A DNA stretch of 32,000 nucleotides from an uncultured delta proteobacterium (lineage in GTDB: Bacteria; Desulfobacterota; Desulfuromonadia; Geobacterales; Pseudopelobacteraceae), in assembly GCA_963760075.1 (NCBI GenBank), contig CAVXBQ010000003.1:1-32000 (forward strand). The letters are read 5' to 3'. Every line of letters starts with the position of its first letter. The stretch's first letter is position 1. This document shows positions 10,018 to 19,900 of this stretch, piece by piece. The position numbers were made by a program, and so were the translations under genes. Under the pieces are notes generated by a model. The model did no database searches and had not been told where the DNA came from. It saw only the letters and a program-made list of their open reading frames with translations.

Positions 10018-10235
10018 CTGAACGCCTATTGGATATCAGTAATATGAACTTTTGTGAGGTGACTATATCAGTTAATTGTTGCAGGGATATGACGATACAG
10101 TTAAATGTTTGTGTTTGATAAACCACATGCACTATTGGCCCTACTTAGTGGCGAGGCGGCCAACCTCGGACGCAACCTCGTGGCCGTGGAGAGATGATGA
10201 AAAGCGCATTTCCGCACCATACAGAAATGCCAAGA

Positions 10236-11015
10236 TCACATATGTTTTGTCACCGATGTTGCCTGGACGGAATACGAGTTTTTCTCTCCTTTGCCATCTT
10301 GACGGTACATAGCCACTGCAGCCCCATCCCACGCAATCCAACGCTGAACCTTATCATTTTGATCCGAATATTCAATTATCCGGCAGGGATATTCCTTCCC
10401 CGCCATCGAATAGTGAGTATTACGAACCAGTCGGTATTTCCGTTTGACAATGGCCATTCTTTCTATGACCAAAATCCTTAGTGTAACCGGCATGTTGTCG
10501 GGAAAATTCAGACGCGCCTCGGGGCATTCCAGGGAGTTAAAATCGTAGCTGTTACGTGGAATAACGATGGTACGCGTCATCCCATGCTCATGGGCATCAT
10601 AACGGAAGGAAGAGTTTTCGAGTCGCCCCTCAATATCAACCGTGGTTCCATTATCCTCACCCTTGCGAGAATAGCTAACCAACTCTTGTTTAAGAAAAGT
10701 TCCTTTCTCGATTGTATTCAGATTGTAGTCCACCCACAAAAAAGATGCGTTGACGGCTGTTCTCGTTTCAAAGTGAGTGCGGGATGTTCCACCTTCATCA
10801 GCCAGGTGTTGGGTGGTGGTTACATCACCAATGGTCAGGCCCATTGAGGACACCTTATAACGTGTCACTGTTTTCACAGGAACACCGGCAAGAGAAGTAA
10901 CCAATGGAACCATAGAAAAAATGAAGAATGCAGACAGCGAATAAAAATATCGCTTTTTGATATGGCCCAGTTTTGAATGATATCTATCTAATTTTGAAAA
11001 AGATTTTGTTTTCAT
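10236..11015 (-). CDS. Hypothetical exported/membrane-anchored beta-rich protein
   Basis: Long ORF upstream of ptxA on the same strand. It has an N-terminal hydrophobic segment (SLSAFFIFSMVPLVTSLAG) and I recognise no motif. The start is uncertain: ATG 11015, or TTG 11084 as in the ORF track. Confidence 0.55.
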   Translation of the reverse strand: MKTKSFSKLDRYHSKLGHIKKRYFYSLSAFFIFSMVPLVTSLAGVPVKTVTRYKVSSMGLTIGDVTTTQHLADEGGTSRTHFETRTAVNASFLWVDYNLNTIEKGTFLKQELVSYSRKGEDNGTTVDIEGRLENSSFRYDAHEHGMTRTIVIPRNSYDFNSLECPEARLNFPDNMPVTLRILVIERMAIVKRKYRLVRNTHYSMAGKEYPCRIIEYSDQNDKVQRWIAWDGAAVAMYRQDGKGEKNSYSVQATSVTKHM

Positions 11016-11885
11016 GGCGGCAGTGTATATGAAGATAAAAACTGTTGGTACAGTTAATATCTGGAACTGTAAATGTTCACGCAATAGTCACACTACATCA
11101 GTAAATTCGTAACAATATCATTATGTATAATGCAAAAGCACAGACAGACAGCAACTCTCGTCATGAATGTTGCCAATAAAAAAATATCCATCGAGGAGAG
11201 CAGTCAATTCATAGAACTTTTAGACCGGATGCTCATGGGGTATACATATTTAGTGTAGCAAGTCTCCAAAGGTCATTGTATATCCTAAAAAACTTAGAAA
11301 CTTTAATAATCCAAAAATCGGTAAGAACGGTTCGATTGACTTCGCTTGATGCCACTTATTTTTTACCTAAAATTTACTCGATTGGCACAATCTTTTGAAT
11401 TGGTTGTTGTATGCTGACCATGCGTTGAGAACTTCACTGCAATACTGTCGATCCGGCATAACTGGAGCCAACCATTATCAATCCTATCTCTCAAGGCTGC
11501 AATAAATCCCCGATTTTCATATCAAAAAACCTGCCGGTTCGGGTAGGAAATACGATACCCCTCGCTCAGCCTTTTCTAAAAAAGAGCAGTCCTAGCTCAC
11601 CTTGCGGATAATATTGTTTTTCTATGAGTTTGTTGCAAATGCCGCAACAGAGTAGTTATAGGCGTTTGTAGGTAAATGTTTTGTCGGTTACTGCTTTTTG
11701 CCAAGAGTCACAGCGTTGGTATCCTTCCCTAAATGTAGTGCTTAAACTTGTGAGTAAGCTCTTTCTAAATTGAGAGGATTAGTTGGCCGAAGAATAGATA
11801 TTTAATAGCAATGCATGCAAATTTATTATTGGCAAACTTACCCAGTAATATTGAACAAAATAAAATAATAAGGAATTAACACGAC

Positions 11886-13205
11886 ATGCCAAAAAACTTC
11901 ATCTTAGACACCAACATCATTCTTCACGACTGCCAATCAATTTTTAATTTCGACGACAACAATGTCATTATACCAATGACTGTCATCGAAGAGCTTGACC
12001 ATTTCAAAAAAGAGATGAATGAGCTTGGGAGAAACGCAAGACAATTTAGTAAAATAATGGACTCGTTTAGAGAGAAAGGCTCTTTGATAGAAGGGGTTAA
12101 GGTAGGTAAAGGGACTGTCTCAGTAGGATTCAGCAGACAAGATGCCCTGAATCTGCTTCCTTCTGAGCTGGATCCGAAGATAGCTGATAACCGCATACTT
12201 GCGATTGCGCTTTTTACTCAAAAACACGACTCCAACCCGACAATTTTAATCACTAAAGACACTAACCTCCGAATAAAGGCGGATGCATTAGGGTTATCAG
12301 CAGAAACGTACGAAAATGATAAAGTGGATTTTGAAACTCTGTTCTCAGGTCACACAGAGTTCGTTGACCAGCTCAAAGCAAACCAGTTTGTATCCAGGGA
12401 TGATGAAAGTGCAATTAAAAGGTACGACAAGACTCAGGATATGCTTGTGCCTCTCAGATCAGATTTGGATGCTTGGGGACTATCGCCGAGAAACAATGAG
12501 CAAAAGATGGCAATGGATCTACTTCTGAATGATGAAATAAAGTTGGTGACTCTAGTAGGAAAGGCCGGGACAGGAAAGACCCTGCTGAGCATAGCCGCAG
12601 GTCTGCGAAAAGTAACGGATGATTTTGTTTACAAAAAAATGCTGGTTTCTCGTCCTGTATTTCCGATGGGTAAAGATATTGGCTTTCTCCCAGGTGACAT
12701 TAACGAGAAACTTGCTCCTTATATGCAACCAATTTATGACAATATAGAATTTCTCATGTCAGGGCAGCATGCTCCCAAAGTTAAGGTTGTAAAGACATCA
12801 AAACGCCAAACCAAAGCAGACAACCAGGCGCAGGCAGACCTGGATGAAAAAGAGTACGGCATGCTGGGCAAAGGGCACATGGAGTTGGTCGCTGCGGGTA
12901 TTATGGATATTGAGGCTCTAACCTACATCCGTGGCCGCTCAATTCCCAATCAATACATGATTATTGACGAAGCACAGAACTTAACTCCTCATGAAATTAA
13001 AACTATTGTGACAAGAGCAGGCACAAACACCAAGTTGGTTTTCACAGGGGATCCGGCACAGATTGATAACCCATACCTCGATGCATCCTCTAACGGACTT
13101 ACTTATCTGGTGGAGAAGTTTAAAGATGAAGCCATTGCTGGGCACGTAACCCTGACTCATGGTGAGAGGTCTGAATTAGCGGAGATAGCATCAAATATTT
13201 TATAA
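11886..13205 (+). CDS. PIN-domain / PhoH-like ATPase fusion (PhoH2 / YlaK type)
   Basis: N-terminal PIN (FILDTNIILHD ... ADNRIL ... ITKDTNLRIKA). C-terminal PhoH P-loop ATPase (GKAGTGKTLLS, IRGRS, IIDEAQNLTPHE, GDPAQID). Confidence 0.9.
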   Translation: MPKNFILDTNIILHDCQSIFNFDDNNVIIPMTVIEELDHFKKEMNELGRNARQFSKIMDSFREKGSLIEGVKVGKGTVSVGFSRQDALNLLPSELDPKIADNRILAIALFTQKHDSNPTILITKDTNLRIKADALGLSAETYENDKVDFETLFSGHTEFVDQLKANQFVSRDDESAIKRYDKTQDMLVPLRSDLDAWGLSPRNNEQKMAMDLLLNDEIKLVTLVGKAGTGKTLLSIAAGLRKVTDDFVYKKMLVSRPVFPMGKDIGFLPGDINEKLAPYMQPIYDNIEFLMSGQHAPKVKVVKTSKRQTKADNQAQADLDEKEYGMLGKGHMELVAAGIMDIEALTYIRGRSIPNQYMIIDEAQNLTPHEIKTIVTRAGTNTKLVFTGDPAQIDNPYLDASSNGLTYLVEKFKDEAIAGHVTLTHGERSELAEIASNIL

Positions 13206-13269
13206 AAGTTGAAATTTAACTAATAGAATGTTGACTGGCGTTAAAGCTTTTGAAGCGTTCTACAATTTA

Positions 13270-13644
13270 TTAGACGATCTTACAAGAGATCACTTCGTCT
13301 TCGTTGAAGGAGTAGACTGCACACATCCGGTGATAACCGTCTGCGACGGTTACTTTGCCATTGCGTTCATCTCTGACAAGAAGAACAGGCGACAGGGGGG
13401 TACCGTTTTTTATTTTCTCGCGGTCTTTCTCTACATGGAAATTACTGATCCCCAATAACGACAATCCGGATGCCCTGAAGATATCTTTGGCCTTAAATTG
13501 AGACATTGGAGCCTTCTTCAATTTGCTCACGAGGGCTTTGGTGGTCTCATCATCATAGATTAGGCAAAGGTATGAAGCTGCTGCGGGAAAATCCTTTTCC
13601 TCTGGTTCCGGAAGCCATTTGATCTCGATCTGTTTACCCATCAT
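13270..13644 (-). CDS. Small ParB/sulfiredoxin-fold protein (tentative)
   Basis: 124 aa. The C-terminal half PLSPVLLVRDERNGKVTVADGYHRMCAV resembles the ParB-like nuclease-domain DGxHR motif. It is convergent with the PhoH2 gene. Confidence 0.6.
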   Translation of the reverse strand: MMGKQIEIKWLPEPEEKDFPAAASYLCLIYDDETTKALVSKLKKAPMSQFKAKDIFRASGLSLLGISNFHVEKDREKIKNGTPLSPVLLVRDERNGKVTVADGYHRMCAVYSFNEDEVISCKIV

Positions 13645-14001
13645 CTGACTCCTTACGACCTATTATTTATGACATCCATCAGTATATCGTCGCATCGAGT
13701 TCGGCTTGGTCGCGGCTGGAGTTGCCAGTTTTACCGAGAATTACCTTGGCCCGGTTAACGCGTTTGAGATTAGTACTGAAAATAGCTTTTGTCTGATTTT
13801 TTCATTGGATTGTAGGAATAGAAATTTACTTTTTGTACGTAGAATAATACTACGAAACCAACCATCGTCAATGCATGCAATAGCCGCCTACCGCGTAATT
13901 TTGATCAGTGGAAACAGTAGTAAATCCTTCTTCGCACTTCTATAATTAGGAGTGACCTTTATAATTGTTAACTCGTACTAAGCTAAGTTTGAGTTATAAA
14001 T

Positions 14002-14805
14002 CTAAAGACGCGGGCTGTAGTGACGCTTGAGCCAGCGGCTCAGGCCGTCAAGCCCTGGAAAGAGGACCCGTTCATTGATATTTGCCTGGTCGAGTTTGTC
14101 GCGTACCTCCCATTTCAGGGAGGAAGGGATGATGATCTTGCGGGCAATGCGTGGATACAAGGCCAGCCAATCGTCTAATACCATGCAGGGGTCCGACATC
14201 ATCGAACAAAAGGCGTACTGATTAACGATGCGGTCGTCGATGGAGGGTGGCTCGAAAAAGATGGCAACCTTTTCATTTGCCAGGGAATCCAGCTCCTGGA
14301 GTGAATTAATCGACTCAGACAGCATCTCGACCGTCATGACATTTGCTCCCTCCAGCTCCAGCCTACTCTTTAATACCGCCGGGAGCAGCTCGTGTGCTTT
14401 GACATAATTGACCGCCCAGATAACTCCGTCTGCATTAAATTTATCGATATTGGCCGTCGCAAAATGCATGGCAATGAAGGGGGAATAAGTCCAGTCGAGT
14501 ATCCGCGTTGGCAGCCCATAATGTTGGGCGACTGAGAGCCAATGCCAGATGGAATCGCGCTCCACTACACTGCGGTGCGCGTATTTTTTAAAATTCCGCA
14601 ATAGGTGCCGTTCCAGCTCGCCATAAGGCCCACCCAGCCGATTCAAGGTGGTCTCCAGACGATAGGAGGAATCCGATAGGCCCCGAAAGGCGAAGCGCGA
14701 ACGGAAACGTCTTAGGTCCTGATTCCAGGAGTCGGCAAAAAGTTCGCTCTGTAGTTCATCCCATGAGCTGACGACGAGTGTTTCCACGTAAGATATCCTT
14801 TCCAA
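14002..14805 (-). CDS. FRG-domain protein
   Basis: FAFRGLSDSSYRLETTLNR and QHYGLPTRILDWTYSPFIAMHFA match the FRG domain signature as I know it. It lies 41 bp downstream of the phosphoesterase gene on the same strand. The start is TTG 14805 or GTG 14787. Confidence 0.8.
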   Translation of the reverse strand: MERISYVETLVVSSWDELQSELFADSWNQDLRRFRSRFAFRGLSDSSYRLETTLNRLGGPYGELERHLLRNFKKYAHRSVVERDSIWHWLSVAQHYGLPTRILDWTYSPFIAMHFATANIDKFNADGVIWAVNYVKAHELLPAVLKSRLELEGANVMTVEMLSESINSLQELDSLANEKVAIFFEPPSIDDRIVNQYAFCSMMSDPCMVLDDWLALYPRIARKIIIPSSLKWEVRDKLDQANINERVLFPGLDGLSRWLKRHYSPRL

Positions 14806-14846
14806 TCGGGTTCATTGATGTTTTTCTGTAGCACAATACCGGACAG

Positions 14847-16583
14847 TTATCTGTTCGGCGGCGTCCCCTTGGCGTTTCCTGCACCTTTGGCCGTAAAAAT
14901 TGTACTCAGATCCTTGACCGCTGCGTCCCTATCACCCAGTGGGGAAAGGCCGAAGCGGCGTTCAATAGTGGCCAAGATCGAGGTCGTGTCGTGCCCCTCA
15001 TGATCTACCGCGTAATCATGGCTCAGATTTGGAGCAAAGATCAGGGCCGGAATACGCGTGCCGGGCCCCCACTGGTCATAGGGACCTTTGAAATTGCCGG
15101 GACCTGGCGGCGCTACATGGTCGGCCTGGCCGCCGAACTCGTCGTAAGTGATGATAACCATGGTATCCTTGGCACAGATACTTTCTTCGATAGACTTGAT
15201 CAGTTTCACTAAGTGGTTGTTGCCGGTCCATTCGCTGGCGTAACCGGGGTGTTCATTGTCGGCGCCGAGTGGCTTGATAAAGCTGACCGTCTTGAGGTTG
15301 CAGCGGTCGCGCTTGGACGACGTGGCTAGCTGGGTGAATTCGACTTCGTCACGCAGATGTTTTTTCCGTGCCTCGCTGCCGGGGGCGTATGCGGCGAAAT
15401 AGTTGAACGGCTGGTGATGGAACTGGAACAGCTTGTCCGGGCACTGCGGCCAGGTCGATCCTGCAAAGGCGTTTGTAGGGCAGGTCGGACCGTTGCCGTT
15501 GGAGAAGCCCATCTGCGCCAGGTCACCTTCGGCATTTGCCCAGCCGCCTGAGTACCAGGCCCAGTCGATGCCCGCCATGGTCAAGCGGTCGCCAATGGTT
15601 GGCGTTGTCAGCGGCGGCAAGCGTTTTGCGTCGGCTGTTAGCGGATCGTAGGGCCATGCCTTTGGCTGTATGGTATTGATCGCATAATTACCACAGACTA
15701 CGCTGGCCGGGGTTGCGCTATGCGTCACCGGCGGTGTGCAGGAGGCGGTTAGAGCTAGGTCTTTCACCATGTCCTTGACAGGCGAAACGTAGAGTGGAGT
15801 GTTCTTTGGCATGCCGTTGCCATCAACAACCGAGTGCAGATCAAGGGACGAACCATCATTGACGGCGTCGATCCACTCGGGGGTTCGTGCCGCGATCAGC
15901 CACTGGTGATTGAGAAATGAGCCGCCGAACGCCGCTTGAAAAAAATTGTCGGCAATGACGTAGTGAGGATGTCCGGTTGTATGCAGATATTTGTAGACCG
16001 GCAGGTCCTTTGTCTCGTAATAGCCCATAGTCAGGCCGGCGGCATTGCAGCCGACCACGTAACGATCCTGCCTTCCGCCGTCAAGCTGGTACTGTTCCTG
16101 GTAGAAGCGATGATCCAGGTCCATGGTGCATCCACCCACTTCCCCCTTGCCCTTGGCAATGCCGTTGGGGGATTTCTCATCCGGCTTCGGGCAGGTCGTG
16201 TCCCCGGTGGCGATATACCTCCCGATCGGAAAAGGGGTATTGCCGAAATTGCTGACGATATGGCGGTTTGTGTCGGTGCAGGTCACGGCAAGCGGGTCTG
16301 GCGAAGTCAGATTGACGTCTTTCTGTGGCAGGCACCCCAGTACCCCGCCCTGCTGGTCGATTTGGGGTATATGCGCGTTGGCCAGTCCATTGACCCCTTC
16401 CCATCCACCGAAGAGGTTGTCGAAACTGTGGTTCTCCTGGTAGATCACGACGATGTGATTGATATTCCGCAGGGGCTCCCGTACGTCGGCGGCATGGGTA
16501 ACCGCAAATGGATAGAGCAGCATGGCGCTTACCGCCAGAACGGAATGTGTGAGAGGTGTGAGAGGTCGTATTGCAAAAGTCAT
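14847..16583 (-). CDS. Secreted phosphoesterase-family enzyme (AcpA acid phosphatase / non-haemolytic phospholipase C type)
   Basis: IVVIYQENHSFDNLFG near the N-terminus, TMVIITYDEFGGQADHV and PGTRIPALIFAP toward the C-terminus, and a signal peptide. The preferred start is ATG 16583, preceded by AGGAG. The ORF track start is 16625. Confidence 0.85.
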   Translation of the reverse strand: MTFAIRPLTPLTHSVLAVSAMLLYPFAVTHAADVREPLRNINHIVVIYQENHSFDNLFGGWEGVNGLANAHIPQIDQQGGVLGCLPQKDVNLTSPDPLAVTCTDTNRHIVSNFGNTPFPIGRYIATGDTTCPKPDEKSPNGIAKGKGEVGGCTMDLDHRFYQEQYQLDGGRQDRYVVGCNAAGLTMGYYETKDLPVYKYLHTTGHPHYVIADNFFQAAFGGSFLNHQWLIAARTPEWIDAVNDGSSLDLHSVVDGNGMPKNTPLYVSPVKDMVKDLALTASCTPPVTHSATPASVVCGNYAINTIQPKAWPYDPLTADAKRLPPLTTPTIGDRLTMAGIDWAWYSGGWANAEGDLAQMGFSNGNGPTCPTNAFAGSTWPQCPDKLFQFHHQPFNYFAAYAPGSEARKKHLRDEVEFTQLATSSKRDRCNLKTVSFIKPLGADNEHPGYASEWTGNNHLVKLIKSIEESICAKDTMVIITYDEFGGQADHVAPPGPGNFKGPYDQWGPGTRIPALIFAPNLSHDYAVDHEGHDTTSILATIERRFGLSPLGDRDAAVKDLSTIFTAKGAGNAKGTPPNR

Positions 16584-16834
16584 AGGGTCTCCTGCGGAGG
16601 GATGGATATTCTGGAAGTGTACCATAAGGAAATTATTTTAAACAATGCGGGGTCTGAATACATTCCTGTCTTTTTCCGTATTGGCTACCGGGTCGTAAAA
16701 TGAATATTGTGACTGAGCCTGATAAGAATCGCGCAACAAGCGCAGCTTATAAATCTGTATATCTAGTTCGGCAAAACCGCCCCTAAAAGGTTGGTGACAC
16801 CATGTGACCAGTGATGCCAGATACCCAACCATGG

Positions 16835-17005
16835 CTAGCACAACCCCGTGGCAATCGCACTGTTAATTATGTCCGGCATGTTCATCGGCCGTTTGCAAAT
16901 ACTGCAAGTGGCTCCATCTTGCAGTTTTGCCCAAAGGATCAGATTTCCCGAGTCACACATGTTGCAGCACCAGAAGTAATAGTCTTCGCTATGTCTAAGT
17001 TTCAT
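16835..17005 (-). CDS. Small zinc-ribbon protein
   Basis: Two CxxC pairs (CNMC ... CSIC) lie 17 aa apart. GGAGG sits 9 nt upstream of ATG 17005. Confidence 0.5.
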   Translation of the reverse strand: MKLRHSEDYYFWCCNMCDSGNLILWAKLQDGATCSICKRPMNMPDIINSAIATGLC

Positions 17006-17190
17006 CCCTTGGTTCCTCCACATATTGTCCAGTATATACGACCCGTATTACAATTATGTAGTGATCGGATGAAATCTTTGTAAATGTATAATGCTGCTAT
17101 TTTTAGCCGTCACCGATGTGCAAATCCGTTGTAACAAACAATTAGTAATATCGGCACACCATTGTATTATTGATTACGGTATAAATAGCT

Positions 17191-18387
17191 ATGATTCCTA
17201 ACAGTCAATTCAGTGCGGCTTTTCTCAAAGATGTAATTCGTCCGGTTACATCGATATCCTCTTCTACAATAGTCGCAGATGTAGCTTCAATCTTCACAAG
17301 TAATTCTACAGTTATGATGATCCCTATAAGTGGGGATTCCGGCTTTGAAGGGGTAATCAGTCGCCGGGATCTCTTCTCACGTCATCTATCTCACAAATTT
17401 GCAAATGAGCTCTACGGCAATAAACCCATTCGTCTTCTGATAGATACGCAACCAATTACCATGTCTCCTGAAATGGACATCAACTCGGCACTTTCGATCC
17501 TGCTGAAGCACGATCCCGAACTGGAATGTGACTCATTTCCTGTCTTAGATGAGGGAAACTGTGTTGGAATTATACATGTAGCCGAACTGATCATGGCCAT
17601 ATCTAAGGCTCAAGCGTCTTTGCTCAAACAGTTGGAGAATCTGAGTTCACGAATTCGCGAAGAAGTGGACAAGGCCCGCCAAATTCAACAAAACCTGTTG
17701 CCAGCCTCATCATTCAGCTTTTCCAACACAGTACTGGAAGCAGTGCTGATAAACTCAAGTGAGATCAGCGGGGATTTATATGATTACTTTATAATTGACA
17801 GCCATCGTCTGGTGGTCATGGTGGGAGACGTAAGCGGCCATGGTGTTCAGTCAGGTATGGTTGCAACCGCTGCCAAGGCTGGCCTTCACTTGATGCTCGA
17901 AAGAGGCTACACTACTCCTTCTGAGTTGTTGTCTGGCATGAATAAGGCCGTTCTTGTTACTGCATCGAATTCACTGATGATGACTGCGGTGGTTGCAGTT
18001 ATTGATCTTGCTGATCAAAAAATTTCTTACGCCAATGCTGGCCATAATTATCCCTATATCTATCAAGCTTCATCAAGAACGATTATCACGCTTGATAACA
18101 CCAGTGGATTTCCTTTGGGATTTGAATTAGAGAGCACATACGACGAGGCTGAAGTGGCTTTTCACCCTAATGACCGGTTGTTGCTCTATACAGACGGGAT
18201 TGTTGAAGCGCGCAATAACAACGAGGAATTCGGGTACGACCGAATGGAAGCATACCTACTTAACGAACTTGGAGGTCATCCGGCTCATGTTCGGCAGGGT
18301 TTGGTTGAAGCTGTTCGGACATTTACAGGTGCTGAAGATTTTGAGGATGACGTAACTCTTCTGATAGTCGGCAACGAATCAGAATGA
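17191..18387 (+). CDS. CBS-domain / PP2C (SpoIIE, RsbU-like) serine phosphatase
   Basis: An N-terminal CBS pair (VMMIPISGDSGFEGVISRRDL ... FPVLDEGNCVGIIHVAEL), a coiled linker, then PP2C motifs (ISGDLYDY, VGDVSGHG, YTDGIVEA). Confidence 0.85.
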   Translation: MIPNSQFSAAFLKDVIRPVTSISSSTIVADVASIFTSNSTVMMIPISGDSGFEGVISRRDLFSRHLSHKFANELYGNKPIRLLIDTQPITMSPEMDINSALSILLKHDPELECDSFPVLDEGNCVGIIHVAELIMAISKAQASLLKQLENLSSRIREEVDKARQIQQNLLPASSFSFSNTVLEAVLINSSEISGDLYDYFIIDSHRLVVMVGDVSGHGVQSGMVATAAKAGLHLMLERGYTTPSELLSGMNKAVLVTASNSLMMTAVVAVIDLADQKISYANAGHNYPYIYQASSRTIITLDNTSGFPLGFELESTYDEAEVAFHPNDRLLLYTDGIVEARNNNEEFGYDRMEAYLLNELGGHPAHVRQGLVEAVRTFTGAEDFEDDVTLLIVGNESE

Positions 18388-18417
18388 ATTGTTTCAAACT
18401 ACTATGAAGGATTTGCA

Positions 18418-19005
18418 ATGAGTATACAGACGTTTCGCTACGGCGATAGAGGTACGATTATATCAGTATCTGGTGTGGTACCTTCACTTAATACACGTTG
18501 CTGGACACGGGAATGGGATGTTTTATCATCTCAGGACAAAGCCGGAATAATGGACCAACTACAGATTCTATTTGACGGTAAAGATGAAGATCATGATTTT
18601 CTTGGTCAGCGAGCCGGGCTTATAGTAGATGAAATGCTGGAAAATGCTCTCTATTCCGCTCCTCGCAATGACACCGACACCCCTCTATTTACAAAAGGAA
18701 GCAAGCGCAAACTTCTTCCGAATGAAAAAATTTCACTCCGGTGCGCATTTGACGGTAAAGAGCTTTTTCTGGAGGTAAGGGACAGTTGGGGAAGCCTGTC
18801 ACCAGAAATAGTAGAGTTCTATTTAACTTTGAACCAAAGCGGCGCTGATCCTGTAGGTGACAGAGCCGGACGTGGTCTATATATCATGTGGAAGTTTTTG
18901 GATTATTTTTATGTAGATATAGATCCAGGCGAAAAGACCTCAATGGGTGGAATCCTTAGCCTATACCCAACAAATTTAGAAAAAGGAGAAACAAATGGAT
19001 ATTGA
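18418..19005 (+). CDS. HATPase-fold serine kinase / anti-sigma-like protein (RsbW/SpoIIAB type)
   Basis: N-box-like EMLENALYSAP, a G1-like motif VRDSWG and a G2-like motif GRGLYIM. AAGGA RBS. The 3' end overlaps the STAS gene start by 11 bp. Confidence 0.7.
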   Translation: MSIQTFRYGDRGTIISVSGVVPSLNTRCWTREWDVLSSQDKAGIMDQLQILFDGKDEDHDFLGQRAGLIVDEMLENALYSAPRNDTDTPLFTKGSKRKLLPNEKISLRCAFDGKELFLEVRDSWGSLSPEIVEFYLTLNQSGADPVGDRAGRGLYIMWKFLDYFYVDIDPGEKTSMGGILSLYPTNLEKGETNGY

Positions 19006-19306
19006 ATTCAAATATGAAATATTTAAGGATAGAGTGGGTGATAACATTTCATTTTACGGTAACATCGACTCACATGCAGAGCCGCATTTTGAACAGCTTG
19101 TCCAGAGAGTCACTGGGAAAAAAGTTATTATGGACTTTAGTAATACCGTGCGCATCAATTCGATGGGTATTGCCATCCTGCTTAGAACGATCAAGAGCAT
19201 CAAGACGGTGAAAAATTCAGAAGTTTCAGTCATCGGAGAGAATAAGACGAATGCCTTGGTGTTCAAAATAACTGGCCTTTATACACTCACGACTCCGCAC
19301 ACGTAA
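18995..19306 (+). CDS. STAS-domain anti-sigma-factor-antagonist-like protein (RsbV/SpoIIAA type)
   Basis: 103 aa. DFSNTVRINSMGIAILL contains the conserved phosphorylatable Ser context. AAGGAG RBS. Confidence 0.8.
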   Translation: MDIEFKYEIFKDRVGDNISFYGNIDSHAEPHFEQLVQRVTGKKVIMDFSNTVRINSMGIAILLRTIKSIKTVKNSEVSVIGENKTNALVFKITGLYTLTTPHT

Positions 19307-19900
19307 TACTAAATTTGTAATTAAGTAACGGGCCCCATTCTTAGTTAGGTACCTCTGTTCGACCTCCCTCACGACCCGCGATTTACATTTAACCAACTCG
19401 ACACCCCTATGTAACCTTGCTTTTGCTATGGTACCGCTTGGCACCTCCATTGGTGTTGGCATTTCATAATCAATTCGGCAAGGAACGTTCATGAACAACC
19501 CGATAGTTAACAAATACATGCTGAAGCAGGAAATTGCGACATTCGACAATAGATTACGCTATTTTTCCAGATTCACTTAACGGATAACAAGCTCTGCTTT
19601 ACTCGTAGTCAAATCAACGCCAGGTTTGTAAGAATACCCCGAGTTAAATGCTTTCATATTAGCACGGATCAAACACGACCCTTCAGTTCATTAGCCCCAT
19701 TAATTTGATTGTTACAAAACATTCACTTGATGCGAACGTGATCGTATTATTTTTAGTGTACTATTCAGTTCGGACTAGATAATACTATTTATTTTATTAA
19801 ATCTTTTGAATGCTATCCGTGCATATGGATGTTGAATAAATAGTGTGCTTCCCGTTTCAGCCTCATATCAGTGAAAACGATATATGAGAAAGGAAAGGTC

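Noticed and set aside
10033-10072. A direct repeat of ATATCAGT, 32 bp apart in the ptxA upstream region, as a possible Pho-box-like operator
   Set aside because: An 8-mer repeat in AT-rich DNA is easily chance, and there is no match to the enterobacterial Pho box consensus.
11382-11397. A sigma54-type promoter (TGGCAC-N5-TTTG) upstream of phoH2
   Set aside because: The -12 element lacks the conserved GC at the right spacing, and it lies about 490 nt from the start codon. The 19439-19453 element is better but still has GG instead of GC at -12, so neither is reported as a feature.
19226-19549. A 107-aa minus-strand ORF overlapping the 3' end of the STAS gene, and an ORF at 13706-13945 in the FRG/ParB-like intergenic region
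   Set aside because: Neither has an RBS or a motif, and one overlaps a supported gene. Both are likely chance ORFs in AT-rich sequence.
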